Shown one piece after another: positions 9,744 to 20,591 of a stretch of 64,000 nucleotides of DNA (the stretch's first letter is position 1; each line of letters starts with the position of its first letter). This DNA comes from Bacteriovoracia bacterium (GTDB taxonomy: Bacteria; Bdellovibrionota; Bacteriovoracia; Bacteriovoracales; Bacteriovoracaceae). The notes beneath the pieces were generated by a model. It had not been told where the DNA came from. It saw nothing but the letters and a program-made list of their open reading frames with translations, and did not search any database. The translations under genes were made by a program, and so were the position numbers. The stretch spans positions 1 to 64,000 of the forward strand of contig JBKHVI010000010.1 in NCBI GenBank assembly GCA_046570105.1. The letters are read 5' to 3'.

Positions 9744-10685
9744 TTAGCGAATGTGCTCAGACATGTAAATCTTTAATTGGTTAATCAGACGCTCTTCCAC
9801 TTGGCGAATGCGCTCGCGAGAGACCCCGTATTGATCAGCAATCTCCTGAAGGCTTGGTGGAATCTCACTAAGAAGGCGTTTTTTAAAGATTTCTTGGTCA
9901 CGGGGCTTAAGACCTTTTAAGAAATCAGCGAGATTTTCTTGCAGAATTTCTAAGCTCTGCAGGTGCGCAAGAGTCTCTTCAGGGCCATCCGCCGTGTCTT
10001 TTAACAGATCTCCCAAGACTCCCTTACCCTCTGCGTTATCGAGTGGGATATCCAGGCTGACCTCTTGTCCTGAACCGGAGAGACGTAAATCCATCTCTTC
10101 TACCGCTTTCTCAGAGACACCTAAGTTTTCCGATAAAAGTTTTACGCCTGGCTCGATACCTAAAGATAAGAGGCGCTCTTTTTCGCGCATCAAATTATAG
10201 AAAAGTTTTTTCTGATCTTGCGTGGTGCCGATTTTAATCAAGCGGAAATTATCTAAAATGTATTTCAAGATATAAGAGCGAATCCACCAACTGGCATAAT
10301 AAGAAAGCTTCGCGCCTTTAGACGGATCGTATTTCGAAACCGCCTTCATCAAACCGATATTTCCCTCTTGAATGAGGTCCATAAGATTTTGCCAAGCGTG
10401 ACGATACTCCATGGCAATTTTGACCACCAAACGAAGATTAGCGACCACCAACTTTTTGGCCACATCGATATCACCAGTCTCTGCGAGTGCTTTGGTTAAC
10501 TCTTGTTCTTCCTCAGGTGAGAGCAGTTCATAACGTGCAATCTCTTTTAAATAGATCGCCAAATTATCCTGGGCGCCACTCACACTGGGGCGAGATTCAC
10601 CTCTGAGAGTTGGAACGGCGGCTGAATTCGAGGTATTTACCTCGACTACATCCGGTCTCGTTTTAGGAGGAATTTTAGTTTTCAT
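9744..10685 (-). CDS. rpoH: RNA polymerase sigma-70 family factor, RpoH (sigma-32)-like
   Basis: Region 2 (NLRLVVKIA, DLIQEGNIGLMKAV, YASWWIR), RpoH-box-like QKKLFYNL, region 4 (SLQEIADQYGVSRERIRQVE); no region 1.1. Confidence 0.8.
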   Translation of the reverse strand: MKTKIPPKTRPDVVEVNTSNSAAVPTLRGESRPSVSGAQDNLAIYLKEIARYELLSPEEEQELTKALAETGDIDVAKKLVVANLRLVVKIAMEYRHAWQNLMDLIQEGNIGLMKAVSKYDPSKGAKLSYYASWWIRSYILKYILDNFRLIKIGTTQDQKKLFYNLMREKERLLSLGIEPGVKLLSENLGVSEKAVEEMDLRLSGSGQEVSLDIPLDNAEGKGVLGDLLKDTADGPEETLAHLQSLEILQENLADFLKGLKPRDQEIFKKRLLSEIPPSLQEIADQYGVSRERIRQVEERLINQLKIYMSEHIR

Positions 10686-10709
10686 GGGTCTTAAGATGGA
10701 CTCAGAAAT

Positions 10710-12359
10710 TTATAAGTCAAGGGTCTTATGTTTTCCCTTAATAACGGCCTTGTAACGCATGTAGCTTAGAGCAAACATCCCATATTGCAGGCGTACCGGC
10801 ACTTCGAGCATTTTGTCTTCATAAGAATCAAACAAGGGTCCTTGATAGAGCAGCACCTGCTCAATCAACTCACCTGCCAATATCTGCTCAAGCCCCTCGC
10901 CAAACAATGGCGTTGGGAAATATTTTTGCTTTCCATCAACTTGCGGCTTCAACCTCATGGCAATCTCATCAATGAAAGCTTCGCGCGCTTCTGGATCAGG
11001 GCGCTTATTTAAAACAGACCACTGCACCCTTAGCCAACGCAGCCAACTGCGAGAGAGCTTAAGATTCATGGTCAAACCGAGTTTATCATCATTTTCAATC
11101 ACGCGATCGAGTTCACCTAATGTGACAGACATCTCTATAGCAAAAAGACGATCTTTAATAAGCGCGGGATCTCGACGAGGGCGAACTTTTATCTCGAGTG
11201 ATTCTTCATACAACATATCTTTAGAGAAAACTGCCAATGATTTTTGTGCCCATTGATCCCAGCGCTCATCAATTCCAGCGCGCAGATCTTCTTTTAATTC
11301 AACATATGTTTTATTTGTCACCAGCAAATCAGACACATTGGTAACAAGTGAGACCAATTGACTGGCCATTTGTCTCTCATGCTCGGGATCAATTTTTTTG
11401 ATCCAATCACGCACCAAAGGATGCTGATCTTTGGTTCCAGAAAGATCCTGATAACGGAAATGATGACACCACAAACGCTGAAGATCTTGCTTCAGTCCAG
11501 TCGATCCAACAGTGCGCGGAAATTTTTTATTAAATTCATGATTAGGGACTTGTCGACATAAATAATCCTGACAACTCACTTGTACAGCTCCCACTCCATC
11601 TACTAACTTAACCTCATTAGTCTTTTCATCCCAACTCAACGATTGGTTTACCAAATGACGATAGAGCCAGCTCATGACGGCCGGATTCTTCAACAAGGGA
11701 GGAAGTAATCGATAATTATTGGTATCCCCACCCCATGAACAAAAGGCCCTGAAAAGTTGGGTGGTGTGATGGAATTCATTTTCTTTGGCCGTTAACGAAC
11801 TCACCTTTTCACTTAATCGTTTGGCATTGAAAGGCTGACCAGGTAATTGCGGCAAAGGAATCGTCGAAGATTGATAGGCGGCCACCAAATTTTGCTTAAT
11901 GAGCTTAATTCCATAGACACTTAAATTTGGGGAACAGCTCGACTTAACTAAGTTCTCAGTCATCTTTTGGTATTCAGCGTCTTCCATTTGCAGAGTACGG
12001 GCGTAATGGCCAATCGCCTTAACTGTCAAATCTAGTCCGATATACTGAAAAGTGGCCACCACAGAACGGCGGGCGAGCGTTTCCTGTGAAGGAACAGCGT
12101 AGTTGGCAGTCGCTACATGGTCACAGCTATTCTTGAGTCTCTGAGCGTCTTCCAGAAAGGCCAAATAGCGCTTATGAAGGAGACGCTGGCCTTCAGCAGA
12201 CGACTGAGGGATTTCGAATACGAGTGACATAGGATCAAACTGAATATCTTCTTTAACGTCACCCTTTAAAAGACCTTCCAGTGGAACAAGGGCAAATGAA
12301 TTTTCGACACTCCAAAGAGCGCTGATTGCGAGCAAATAGCTGATCGTTTTGGTCTTCAT
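10710..12359 (-). CDS. Secreted hypothetical protein
   Basis: The ORF-track start (12626) overlaps the divergent gene; ATG at 12359 gives signal peptide MKTKTISYLLAISALWSVENSFA. Confidence 0.75.
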   Translation of the reverse strand: MKTKTISYLLAISALWSVENSFALVPLEGLLKGDVKEDIQFDPMSLVFEIPQSSAEGQRLLHKRYLAFLEDAQRLKNSCDHVATANYAVPSQETLARRSVVATFQYIGLDLTVKAIGHYARTLQMEDAEYQKMTENLVKSSCSPNLSVYGIKLIKQNLVAAYQSSTIPLPQLPGQPFNAKRLSEKVSSLTAKENEFHHTTQLFRAFCSWGGDTNNYRLLPPLLKNPAVMSWLYRHLVNQSLSWDEKTNEVKLVDGVGAVQVSCQDYLCRQVPNHEFNKKFPRTVGSTGLKQDLQRLWCHHFRYQDLSGTKDQHPLVRDWIKKIDPEHERQMASQLVSLVTNVSDLLVTNKTYVELKEDLRAGIDERWDQWAQKSLAVFSKDMLYEESLEIKVRPRRDPALIKDRLFAIEMSVTLGELDRVIENDDKLGLTMNLKLSRSWLRWLRVQWSVLNKRPDPEAREAFIDEIAMRLKPQVDGKQKYFPTPLFGEGLEQILAGELIEQVLLYQGPLFDSYEDKMLEVPVRLQYGMFALSYMRYKAVIKGKHKTLDL

Positions 12360-12378
12360 AAAATTATCTTCTATAACC

Positions 12379-12405
12379 TTCTCGGCGATAAATGCCGAAG
12401 ATTGA
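12379..12405 (-). promoter_or_regulatory. Sigma-28-type promoter candidate
   Basis: Minus strand TCAA-N15-GCCGAGAA, 19 nt upstream of ATG 12359. Confidence 0.5.
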
Positions 12406-12408
12406 GAC

Positions 12409-13812
12409 ATGAAATATCTAGCGGTCATTTTCAGCATATTGCTGCTATCCCATGAGGGATGGTCGATGCCGCCTGTTACCCCCCAAAACCATGAGATGCG
12501 AGACCTTCGAGGCAGCATTAAAGCGCGCGATTTTGGCCTGGAGTATATTCTGATCGGTCGCATGCTCGAAGAGAATGTCACCAGTGAAAAAAAATCTCTG
12601 CGAGACGCCAAGTTCTTATTGCTCAATGGAGAAACCGAACTGGCCCGTCAGACGCTGAACAATCTTTTAAAAAACGATAAAAGCAAACTGCGTGGCATGC
12701 TCAACCGCTATATGGCGATCGCCTATTTTCAAGAGGCCCGCTGGAAAGAGGCGCTGGCGGCACTTTCAACACAAGAACTCAGTGTCTACCCACAGTATGG
12801 AAAAATTTGTCCGCTGAAAATCATCACACGTATCGCAGTAAGAGATACTCGCGGGCTAATGCAAGAATGGCTGAAGTGTAAAAATGAAAACGCCAAAGAC
12901 GTTATAAAAAATGATGTCGTTTGGATGGAGATTTTAGTGCGACTTGCCTCTGATGCCCCAAAAGGTACCGCCGCAAAAGCGATTCGAACTACCTATCTGC
13001 GCAACATGAGTAATGAGCAAATGCGCTCCATGCTCAAGCTCGCTCTCTTTCTTAATTTAGAAACCATGCTCATCGATCAACTCGAACTCTTAGACTATGA
13101 AGCGATTCAAGATGAAGAACTACGAGGACTCGTGGCGCATATCTATTTCAGACAAGGCCGCTTGGCCGAGGCCTGGCGTTATATGCAGGATATTGCCCAT
13201 CCCAATGTTGAAAACATGAAAGGCAATCTTTGGCTTTTGCGTGGTAATCAAGAGCTCGCTTACGCGCAATTCAAACTTGCTCTCAAGCAAAAATCAAATT
13301 CTCATAATGCTGTCGAACGCGCGCTCCCCTTGGCGTGGAGTTTGAAGCAATGGAAAGAAGGCGCAAAACTCTCCGAGCGCATTTACACCCATGAAAAAAA
13401 TCGCCTCCAACGCCTCACGACCACGGCGGCTTTTGCTGTGGCCCAAGAAGAATGGAGTGAAGCGCTCACCAGACTTGAAATCGTTCATCAGCAATCAGGT
13501 GTCGGTACCGCCCAAGAAGTCAGCCAACTTTCTACCTATGTGGCCCTTCGCCAAAATGATGCTAAACGCTTGTATCGCTACAGTCTCTTGTCCTGCGAAG
13601 CGGGAGACCTGATGAGTTGCTGGATACAGATGTCTAAACTGACCTGGGATGATTTACCGAGTATGCTCAAACGCGACGACCCCTCAGCACCGGCCGAACC
13701 CATTTGGCGCGCTCTCGCGTCTCAAGAAGTCGAAGAATTCAAAGAAGAAACTTTTGTTGATCAGCGTGACATTGATGAACTTGATGATGCACTTATTAAA
13801 TTAACTAAGTAA
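12409..13812 (+). CDS. Exported TPR-like repeat protein
   Basis: Signal peptide; TPR-like helices (MAIAYFQEARWKEAL; KGNLWLLRGNQELAYAQFKLALKQ). Confidence 0.75.
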   Translation: MKYLAVIFSILLLSHEGWSMPPVTPQNHEMRDLRGSIKARDFGLEYILIGRMLEENVTSEKKSLRDAKFLLLNGETELARQTLNNLLKNDKSKLRGMLNRYMAIAYFQEARWKEALAALSTQELSVYPQYGKICPLKIITRIAVRDTRGLMQEWLKCKNENAKDVIKNDVVWMEILVRLASDAPKGTAAKAIRTTYLRNMSNEQMRSMLKLALFLNLETMLIDQLELLDYEAIQDEELRGLVAHIYFRQGRLAEAWRYMQDIAHPNVENMKGNLWLLRGNQELAYAQFKLALKQKSNSHNAVERALPLAWSLKQWKEGAKLSERIYTHEKNRLQRLTTTAAFAVAQEEWSEALTRLEIVHQQSGVGTAQEVSQLSTYVALRQNDAKRLYRYSLLSCEAGDLMSCWIQMSKLTWDDLPSMLKRDDPSAPAEPIWRALASQEVEEFKEETFVDQRDIDELDDALIKLTK

Positions 13813-15310
13813 GCGGCTTCATCTCTTTTCCATCGAAATGGAAAATGACTTCTTTCTCTTCGCTAATCGTGGCCAAATTCACCGGACGACGCCATATACC
13901 GTAGAGATTTTTGAGTGTTTCATTGGCATATTGCATGTCCAGATCAACGCCATAATGGATATGACGAAGCAATAATTCACGACGATTTTTAAAATTACCG
14001 TCTTCGACTTGAATGACAGGCTGACCGAAATTCGTCAGCTGCATCAGAAGCTTCTGCTTAATCGCTTGAAAATCGCGCTTATCAATTTCAAATCGACCAG
14101 TGCGAGGATTATGCTTATAGGTAAAGAGCTGTTGACGCTCACAGAACTCGGGCGTTAAAAACTCATCAATAAAGGAAATATCATTGTGGCTTTTACGAAT
14201 TTCAAAAATTTTCTCTTTGCCAAGTCCTAGGCGCTTATCCCAAGCGGCTTTCTCGCGCATATCCGTACAGTCGTTATACTCTTTGCCAAATTTGCCAGTA
14301 TTCCAGCGATACTCAATATCTCTGAAAAGCTCGATCCCGACTTTGTAGGGATTAATATTCTGCTTACTCATCACCATCACACCGGCATGTTTGTCGGCAA
14401 ACTCGATGATCTCAGAAGAATCAAGAGCACGTTCGGTCATAATTTTAGAGTGCCAGTAACTCGCCCATCCTTCGTTCATGATTTTTGTCATTCGCTGAGG
14501 GAGGAAATAATAAGCTTCCTCGCGTAAGCACGCGATGATATCGCTTTGCCATTCTTCACAAGGAGCATGCTCCATCAAAAAACCCAAGACATCTCGCTGA
14601 GGACGGTGAAGTGGTTTTTCTGGTGAATCATCATGAGTGGTGACTTCTTGCGATTTATCACGCTTTTCGGCGCGCGTTTTGGTGCGCATAAAAGCTTTCA
14701 ATGCTTGTGAGCGATCATCGATGGTAAACTCACCTTCTTCGGTGGTTGAATCGCCCTCATTCCCCTGACGACGTTTGCGTCTCAGTTCGGGTGTCTCAAA
14801 GAGCTCGTTCATGTCCAAGAGATTTTCGAGCGAAAGCACGCGATCGATGAAAGTTTCCACCGCATCTTGCCCGTAGCGCTCCATATAGCGACGAATCTTA
14901 GTGCCATGATTGGCCATGACATCCATCATTTTGCGATTGGTGCCAGAGAACCAAGCATTATTTTTAAAGAAGTCATTGTGGCCATAAACGTGGGCCATCA
15001 CGATTTTTTGATCAACCCAGTTGTTCGCCTGTAAGAGGTAGGCATAACAAGGGTCAGTATTGATCACCATTTCATAAATTTTTTGCAGGCCGTAGGCATA
15101 GCCTTTAGAGAGTTGATCGTAGTCCATGCCAAAGCGCCAGTGCGGGTAGCGCGAAGGAAAGCCGCCTTGGGCAGCTAGAATATTAACAGTGTCGTAGTCA
15201 CAGACTTCAAAGATTTGTGGAAAAAAATCTAATCCATACTCAATCGCATAGCCCTCAATCTCATTCTTCAAATCAAGGAGCTTTCCACTAATGGGTTTGG
15301 TGCGATTCAT
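13805..15310 (-). CDS. spoVR: SpoVR/YcgB family protein
   Basis: GFPSRYPHWRFG, IYEMVINTDPCYAYL, AHVYGHNDFFKNN, TKIMNEGWASYWH, NPYKVG. Confidence 0.95.
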   Translation of the reverse strand: MNRTKPISGKLLDLKNEIEGYAIEYGLDFFPQIFEVCDYDTVNILAAQGGFPSRYPHWRFGMDYDQLSKGYAYGLQKIYEMVINTDPCYAYLLQANNWVDQKIVMAHVYGHNDFFKNNAWFSGTNRKMMDVMANHGTKIRRYMERYGQDAVETFIDRVLSLENLLDMNELFETPELRRKRRQGNEGDSTTEEGEFTIDDRSQALKAFMRTKTRAEKRDKSQEVTTHDDSPEKPLHRPQRDVLGFLMEHAPCEEWQSDIIACLREEAYYFLPQRMTKIMNEGWASYWHSKIMTERALDSSEIIEFADKHAGVMVMSKQNINPYKVGIELFRDIEYRWNTGKFGKEYNDCTDMREKAAWDKRLGLGKEKIFEIRKSHNDISFIDEFLTPEFCERQQLFTYKHNPRTGRFEIDKRDFQAIKQKLLMQLTNFGQPVIQVEDGNFKNRRELLLRHIHYGVDLDMQYANETLKNLYGIWRRPVNLATISEEKEVIFHFDGKEMKPLT

Positions 15311-15311
15311 C

Positions 15312-16430
15312 TCACTTACCTTTTCCTAGAAACTCTTTAATCGAGTCGAGGATCCCTTCTTTGTTTTTTATCTTGCTCAAGGTGAGCTTGTCGTGGGCCT
15401 GTCCATAGCGCGCCATCAAATCTTTCAAGAATTGACCAGAGCCGTAGCGACTTTCTACTTGGCCGTAACAGAACTGGTTAGAGGCCGGGAGGATATGGTT
15501 ATCTAATAGATCCAAACAAAGCTTGGTATCATCGGCGCTCCAGTTATCACCGTCAGAGAAATGGAAAGGATAGATATTCCATTCTGTTGGAGGATAGTCT
15601 GCATCGATAATTTGCTTACACAAAGTAAAAGCAGATGAAATGAGCGTGCCACCTGATTCACGTGTTCTAAAGAAGGTTTGCTCATCGACTTCTTTCGCAG
15701 TGGCATCATGAATGATGTAACGGATCTCAATATCTTTGTATTGAGATTTAAGCCACAAGTTAATCCAGAAGCTCTCGGTACGAACAATTTCTTTTTGTTC
15801 ATCACCCATCGAACCGGAAACATCCATCATGTAAATGACGACTGCTGCGTTTTCATTTTCAACTTTGGTTTGCCAAGACTTGTAACGGAAATCGCGACGA
15901 ATAGGAACCACGGTTGGATTTTCAGGATTATATGAATCAGAAGCAATCTGACGCTTTAAGGCCTGCTTGTAAGTGCGACGCAAGTGGCGAAGTGAATCAG
16001 GACCTGAGGTGCCAATATTAGTGTATTTATCGACAGTACTTTTGAGACTTTTTTTACCTTTGGGCTCGATATTGGGAAGCTCTAATTCCTCTCCCAAAAT
16101 ACGCGCCAACTCTTCTAGCGAGAGTTCAACTTCAAGTTCCTTATTCCCTTCCCCTTCACCGGCCTCGCCTTGTCCAGGCTGGCCATTAGGATCCGGCTGA
16201 CCTTGTACCGGATCTCCCGCCTGGCCATCACCTTGACCAGTTCCGCCTTGTTGCTTGTCACCAAACTTAAAGCGCGGAATATCAATTGAAGGCATGGGCA
16301 CAGTGAATTTATCTGTGCCTTTAGGAATAATCTGTTGGCCTTGAGAAACATAACGGCGAAGATTATCCCGGATCTTACCCTTGATAATCTTCCTAAACCG
16401 CGCGTGATCTCGCTTAATCGGGTGGTCCAA
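15312..16430 (-). CDS. yeaH: YeaH/YhbH (DUF444) family protein with vWA-like MIDAS motif
   Basis: [32 protein letters not shown]; lies between prkA and spoVR. Confidence 0.93.
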   Translation of the reverse strand: MDHPIKRDHARFRKIIKGKIRDNLRRYVSQGQQIIPKGTDKFTVPMPSIDIPRFKFGDKQQGGTGQGDGQAGDPVQGQPDPNGQPGQGEAGEGEGNKELEVELSLEELARILGEELELPNIEPKGKKSLKSTVDKYTNIGTSGPDSLRHLRRTYKQALKRQIASDSYNPENPTVVPIRRDFRYKSWQTKVENENAAVVIYMMDVSGSMGDEQKEIVRTESFWINLWLKSQYKDIEIRYIIHDATAKEVDEQTFFRTRESGGTLISSAFTLCKQIIDADYPPTEWNIYPFHFSDGDNWSADDTKLCLDLLDNHILPASNQFCYGQVESRYGSGQFLKDLMARYGQAHDKLTLSKIKNKEGILDSIKEFLGKGK

Positions 16431-16439
16431 TCGTGCTCC

Positions 16440-18494
16440 TTAGGCCTTAATTGAATCGCCCTTGGCGAAAATTGAGGCCACAAAGTTCAAGGCATCAGTG
16501 GCACACACTTCACAGTAACCGAAGTTTTTGATGAGGCGGGTCTTAACCACTTCAATCTTCTCTTGGGTCTGCTTATCAACAACGTTAGAAATAATCGTCG
16601 TTAATTTAATAGTGTCTTTCTGATCTTCAAACAATTTCAATTCAAGAGCACGGTGCAAACGCTCATTCATTTTGAAATCGAACTGTTTGCCTTCAATTGC
16701 AAGAGCTCCGATGTAATTCATGAGTTCGCGACGGAAATCATCCTTGCGAGACTCCGGAATATCAATTTTCTCTTCAATTGAACGCATGAAACGCTCATCC
16801 GCTTCCTCGAGCTTATTCGAGTATTTATTACGAATTTTTTCTTTCTGCGTGTAGGCCTTAACGTTATCAACGTAATTAGCACAAAGAGTTTGAATAGCAC
16901 TCTCATCTACTGAGATCGCCTTCTGAACGTCATTTTTGACAATGTCTTCATACTCTTGACGAGTGATCGCCAACACTTCTTTGTAATGCTCGAGTTGATC
17001 TGGAGAATTGATCAAAGCATGGTGCTTTAGGCCTGACTCAAGTTCATTGAACACCATAAATGGGTTCAAACAACCTACATGACCATTTTTTACCAAAGCA
17101 TTGGAAATTTTATCTTGAATATAACGAGGAGAAATCCCCTCGAGACCTTCACGAATCGCTTCCTTACGAAGCTCTTTCACGTTGTCTTCGTTGTAACCAG
17201 GAAGAGTCTTGCCGTTATAAAGCTTGAGCTTTTGCAGCTTGGTGAGATCAGATTTTTTGGGCTCTTCCAAACGAGTCATGATCGCCCACATCGACGCCAT
17301 TTCGAGCGTGTGAGGGGCAATATGAATATTCGGAATAGTGTCTTTATTATAATCCTTTTTATAGATACGTGCTTCTTGATCGAGACGCGTAATATAAGGA
17401 ACATCGATTTTCACCGTACGGTCACGGAGAGCTTCCATAAATTCGTTCGACTGGAGCTTGCGGTATTCTGGCTCGTTGGTGTGGCCCAAAATAACCAAAT
17501 CAATATGCGTCTGAGCGAATTTTTTTGGCTTAATTGATTGCTCTTGAGAAGCACCCAAAAGGTCATACAAGAACGCCACATCAAGCTTGAGCATTTCGAT
17601 AAATTCAACCACACCGCGGTTAGCAATATTGAATTCACCATCAAAGTTAAAGGCACGTGGATCCGAATCTGAACCGTAGATGGCAATTTTGCGATAATTA
17701 ATGTCGCCTGTGAGTTCAGTCGAGTCTTGATTTTTTTCATCTTTCGGCTGGAATGTACCAATACCGCGACGATCTTTTTCCGAGAGTAGCAAGCGCTTGA
17801 CTCGAACGTGCTTCATCACACGTGTCCAATCACCACCATACTTCAACATGTATTCGTTAAGGATATAACGACAGGCAGGATTAACCTCGCCCTTGATTTT
17901 TACTTTGTAGCCTTCTTTGCGACCCTTATTGAGTTCCGCTAAGAATTTCTCGCGCACTTCATGAGGGAGAAGCTTCAACGGCTCTTCGTGCATCGGACTA
18001 GCAAAGATTTTCTGACCACCTAAGATGGGTGAGCCATCATCATCCACCCATTCATACGTATAGAGAGCGCCTTCATCGGTGCGCGAGTAATGCTCAATGC
18101 CCTTCTTTAACAAACGAGCAATCGAAGACTTTGCCGATCCCACTGGACCGTGCAACAGGAGAACACGTTTTTCTGTCCCGTAGCCCAAGGCGGCAGACTT
18201 GAAAAAGTTTACCATCTTCATCAAATGCACATCGATACCAAAGATGGCATCTTTGCCGTTTTCAATTGGATCGTCGAAGAAGTGATAACGAACCACATCT
18301 TTTTTGTACTCAGTGTATTGAGATGTTCCGTAGGACATCATCATGTCGTAGATACGTTGAAATGAATTGCGCGCGACATTGGGTCGCTTCATCACAAGTT
18401 CAACGTAATCTTGGAATGTCCCGCTCCAGTGGAGATGAGAAAAATCCTTAGGGTTGTAGTTCTGAGTAATAAATTGCTGAATGTCGAAGGCCAT
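16440..18494 (-). CDS. prkA: PrkA/YeaG family AAA+ serine protein kinase
   Basis: Walker A-like [45 protein letters not shown] 18494 has SD GGAGG (ORF track starts at 18539). Confidence 0.95.
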   Translation of the reverse strand: MAFDIQQFITQNYNPKDFSHLHWSGTFQDYVELVMKRPNVARNSFQRIYDMMMSYGTSQYTEYKKDVVRYHFFDDPIENGKDAIFGIDVHLMKMVNFFKSAALGYGTEKRVLLLHGPVGSAKSSIARLLKKGIEHYSRTDEGALYTYEWVDDDGSPILGGQKIFASPMHEEPLKLLPHEVREKFLAELNKGRKEGYKVKIKGEVNPACRYILNEYMLKYGGDWTRVMKHVRVKRLLLSEKDRRGIGTFQPKDEKNQDSTELTGDINYRKIAIYGSDSDPRAFNFDGEFNIANRGVVEFIEMLKLDVAFLYDLLGASQEQSIKPKKFAQTHIDLVILGHTNEPEYRKLQSNEFMEALRDRTVKIDVPYITRLDQEARIYKKDYNKDTIPNIHIAPHTLEMASMWAIMTRLEEPKKSDLTKLQKLKLYNGKTLPGYNEDNVKELRKEAIREGLEGISPRYIQDKISNALVKNGHVGCLNPFMVFNELESGLKHHALINSPDQLEHYKEVLAITRQEYEDIVKNDVQKAISVDESAIQTLCANYVDNVKAYTQKEKIRNKYSNKLEEADERFMRSIEEKIDIPESRKDDFRRELMNYIGALAIEGKQFDFKMNERLHRALELKLFEDQKDTIKLTTIISNVVDKQTQEKIEVVKTRLIKNFGYCEVCATDALNFVASIFAKGDSIKA

Positions 18495-18619
18495 CCTTCC
18501 TCCCTGGACGTGGTGGGGCGAAGCCCCGAATAGTTTCATTTTACACCCGAAACACTAGGAGTCCCAAAGCCTTTATTACGAGAATCTTTTATGTTTAATT
18601 CCTGAGCAAAACCGTTCTT

Positions 18620-18647
18620 TTGACTTTGATAACAGCTCGCTTACAAT
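18620..18647 (+). promoter_or_regulatory. Sigma-70-type promoter candidate for the PP2C gene
   Basis: TTGACT-N16-TACAAT. Confidence 0.5.
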
Positions 18648-18682
18648 AGTGAGTAATAATTGTGCACAAGGACAGTGACAGT

Positions 18683-19432
18683 ATGGGTATTATTCATGCC
18701 GGTGATAGTGATATCGGTCGTAAAAGAAAAACTAATCAGGACTCCATCTGCATGGATCCTGAACATCTTTTCTTTGCCGTTGCTGATGGCATGGGTGGCC
18801 ATAATGGTGGTGATATCGCTTCTCAAATGACAGTGGCACTGATGCCCCCTTTCATCAAAAAACACAAAGATCAAATTGAACCTAAAGACCTTGTGGCGAA
18901 GTGCATTCAGTTTGTTAATAATGAAATTCACGCCAAATCTGAGATACAGCCTGAGTTGAAAGGTATGGGAACAACTGTCTCGGCGGTCATGTTTCGAGGC
19001 AACAAACTCCTTATCGGAAACGTCGGAGACTCACGTGTATACATGATTCATGACGGACAAGTTTTCCAAATGACGCGTGACCATTCTTTCGTGCAAGAAA
19101 AACTCAATATGGGTCTCTATGGCCGTGCTGAAGCAGCGATGGATAAACAAAAAAACGTTCTCGTGCGCTCAGTCGGATTTGAACCTGACGTTCAAGTCGA
19201 CGTCTTCACCTATCAAATTTGCAAAAATGATCTGTTCTTAATCTGCTCTGATGGACTTCACGGAAAAGTCAGTGATCGTGACATTCTTTACATTGTGCAA
19301 AAGAATGTCCCGCAGCCCAACAAGGCCACTGTGCAAGATCTGCAACGTGCTGTGAAAGAATTGATCGCCCAGGCCAATGCCAACGGTGGTCAGGATAATA
19401 TTTCGGTCATTCTTTCAGTCGCCCAAGAATAA
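18683..19432 (+). CDS. PP2C/PPM-family Ser/Thr protein phosphatase
   Basis: DIGRKRKTNQD, VADGMGGH, GMGTT, NVGDSR, TRDHS, CSDGL, GGQDNIS. Confidence 0.95.
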   Translation: MGIIHAGDSDIGRKRKTNQDSICMDPEHLFFAVADGMGGHNGGDIASQMTVALMPPFIKKHKDQIEPKDLVAKCIQFVNNEIHAKSEIQPELKGMGTTVSAVMFRGNKLLIGNVGDSRVYMIHDGQVFQMTRDHSFVQEKLNMGLYGRAEAAMDKQKNVLVRSVGFEPDVQVDVFTYQICKNDLFLICSDGLHGKVSDRDILYIVQKNVPQPNKATVQDLQRAVKELIAQANANGGQDNISVILSVAQE

Positions 19433-19508
19433 TTCTTATTCCCAAGGCTTCACTGCGCGATTACACTTATTTATGTCATTTTTCTCTCTACCCTTGAGGT
19501 AAGAAGCC

Positions 19509-20576
19509 ATGAACAACTATTACACGTTGATGATTATTCCTGAGAAAGAAAAGGGTGTTAAATCCTTTAAGATTCCTGCGCTTTTTTTTCGCTCACTCGC
19601 GTTCTTCGTTGTCATGCTTATGTTGCTCTTAGGAATCCTGGCCTACGACTACTGGAAAATTCTTCAGCAAGTTTATGAGAACAAACATTTGGGGCTTGAA
19701 AATCGTCAGCTCAAAGAACAAGTGCAATTGTTTCAGATGAAAATGAATGCTTTGGCCGATGATCTTAAGCGTATCAACACTTTCGAGCGAAAACTGCGAG
19801 TCATCACGGGCCTTGAAGAATCCACAGGCACCACCCCGCTGTACAATCCTTTAGTTCCTACTGAGGATGGCGCTGACCCACGTCAAACCAACAACTCAAT
19901 TCAATCACTCGAAAATGAATTGAACTTTTCTGATATTGAAGACCGACCAGAGTTCATCAATCTAAAAAAAGCCTACGATCAAAAAATCGCCACGACGCTC
20001 GGATTAGAAAAAAGCTACAACATCACCAAACAATGGTCGGAGCTTGCTCGACGAAGTTTTGGACTCTCTGGTGACTACGCTCGTTTTGATTATCAATACG
20101 CTCGTATCAAAGATGTTGTTTCAACCCTTGAACAAAATATTCATCACCTTGACCAACATCTGCTGGATAAAGAATCTTATCTCTCTTCGACTCCAACACT
20201 CCTTCCTGCGCAAGGTTGGATCACGAGTTATTTTGGCCAACGTATTTCTCCGCACTCAGGCAAACTAAAAATGCACGAGGGCATCGATGTAGGTGCTCCT
20301 TACGGTACGGCCATCGTTGCTCCGGCGGATGGAATTATTACCTTCTCGGGAGAGAAGGCGGGGTTTGGCAAATTCGTGCAAGTCGATCATGGTTTTGGAG
20401 TCGAAACGATCTACGCCCACAATCAATCGCTTCACGTTCGCAATGGACAAAAAATTAAACGCGGCACTCTCTTGGCCGCAGTTGGTAATACCGGACACTC
20501 AACCGGGCCTCACCTTCATTACGAAGTACGAGTCAATGGTATTGCAGTTGATCCACTATATTTCATTCTTGAATAA
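19509..20576 (+). CDS. Membrane-anchored M23 family metallopeptidase with coiled coil
   Basis: N-terminal TM, coiled coil, HEGID, YAH, STGPHLHYEV. Confidence 0.93.
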   Translation: MNNYYTLMIIPEKEKGVKSFKIPALFFRSLAFFVVMLMLLLGILAYDYWKILQQVYENKHLGLENRQLKEQVQLFQMKMNALADDLKRINTFERKLRVITGLEESTGTTPLYNPLVPTEDGADPRQTNNSIQSLENELNFSDIEDRPEFINLKKAYDQKIATTLGLEKSYNITKQWSELARRSFGLSGDYARFDYQYARIKDVVSTLEQNIHHLDQHLLDKESYLSSTPTLLPAQGWITSYFGQRISPHSGKLKMHEGIDVGAPYGTAIVAPADGIITFSGEKAGFGKFVQVDHGFGVETIYAHNQSLHVRNGQKIKRGTLLAAVGNTGHSTGPHLHYEVRVNGIAVDPLYFILE

Positions 20577-20591
20577 GCTTTTGGAGTTACT

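Noticed and set aside
12360..12626. N-terminal extensions of ORFs 10710-12626, 27474-29096, 29020-29343, 33806-34897, 40360-41550 and 62706-63092
   Set aside because: They overlap neighbouring genes; downstream starts give better SD, signal peptide or translational coupling.
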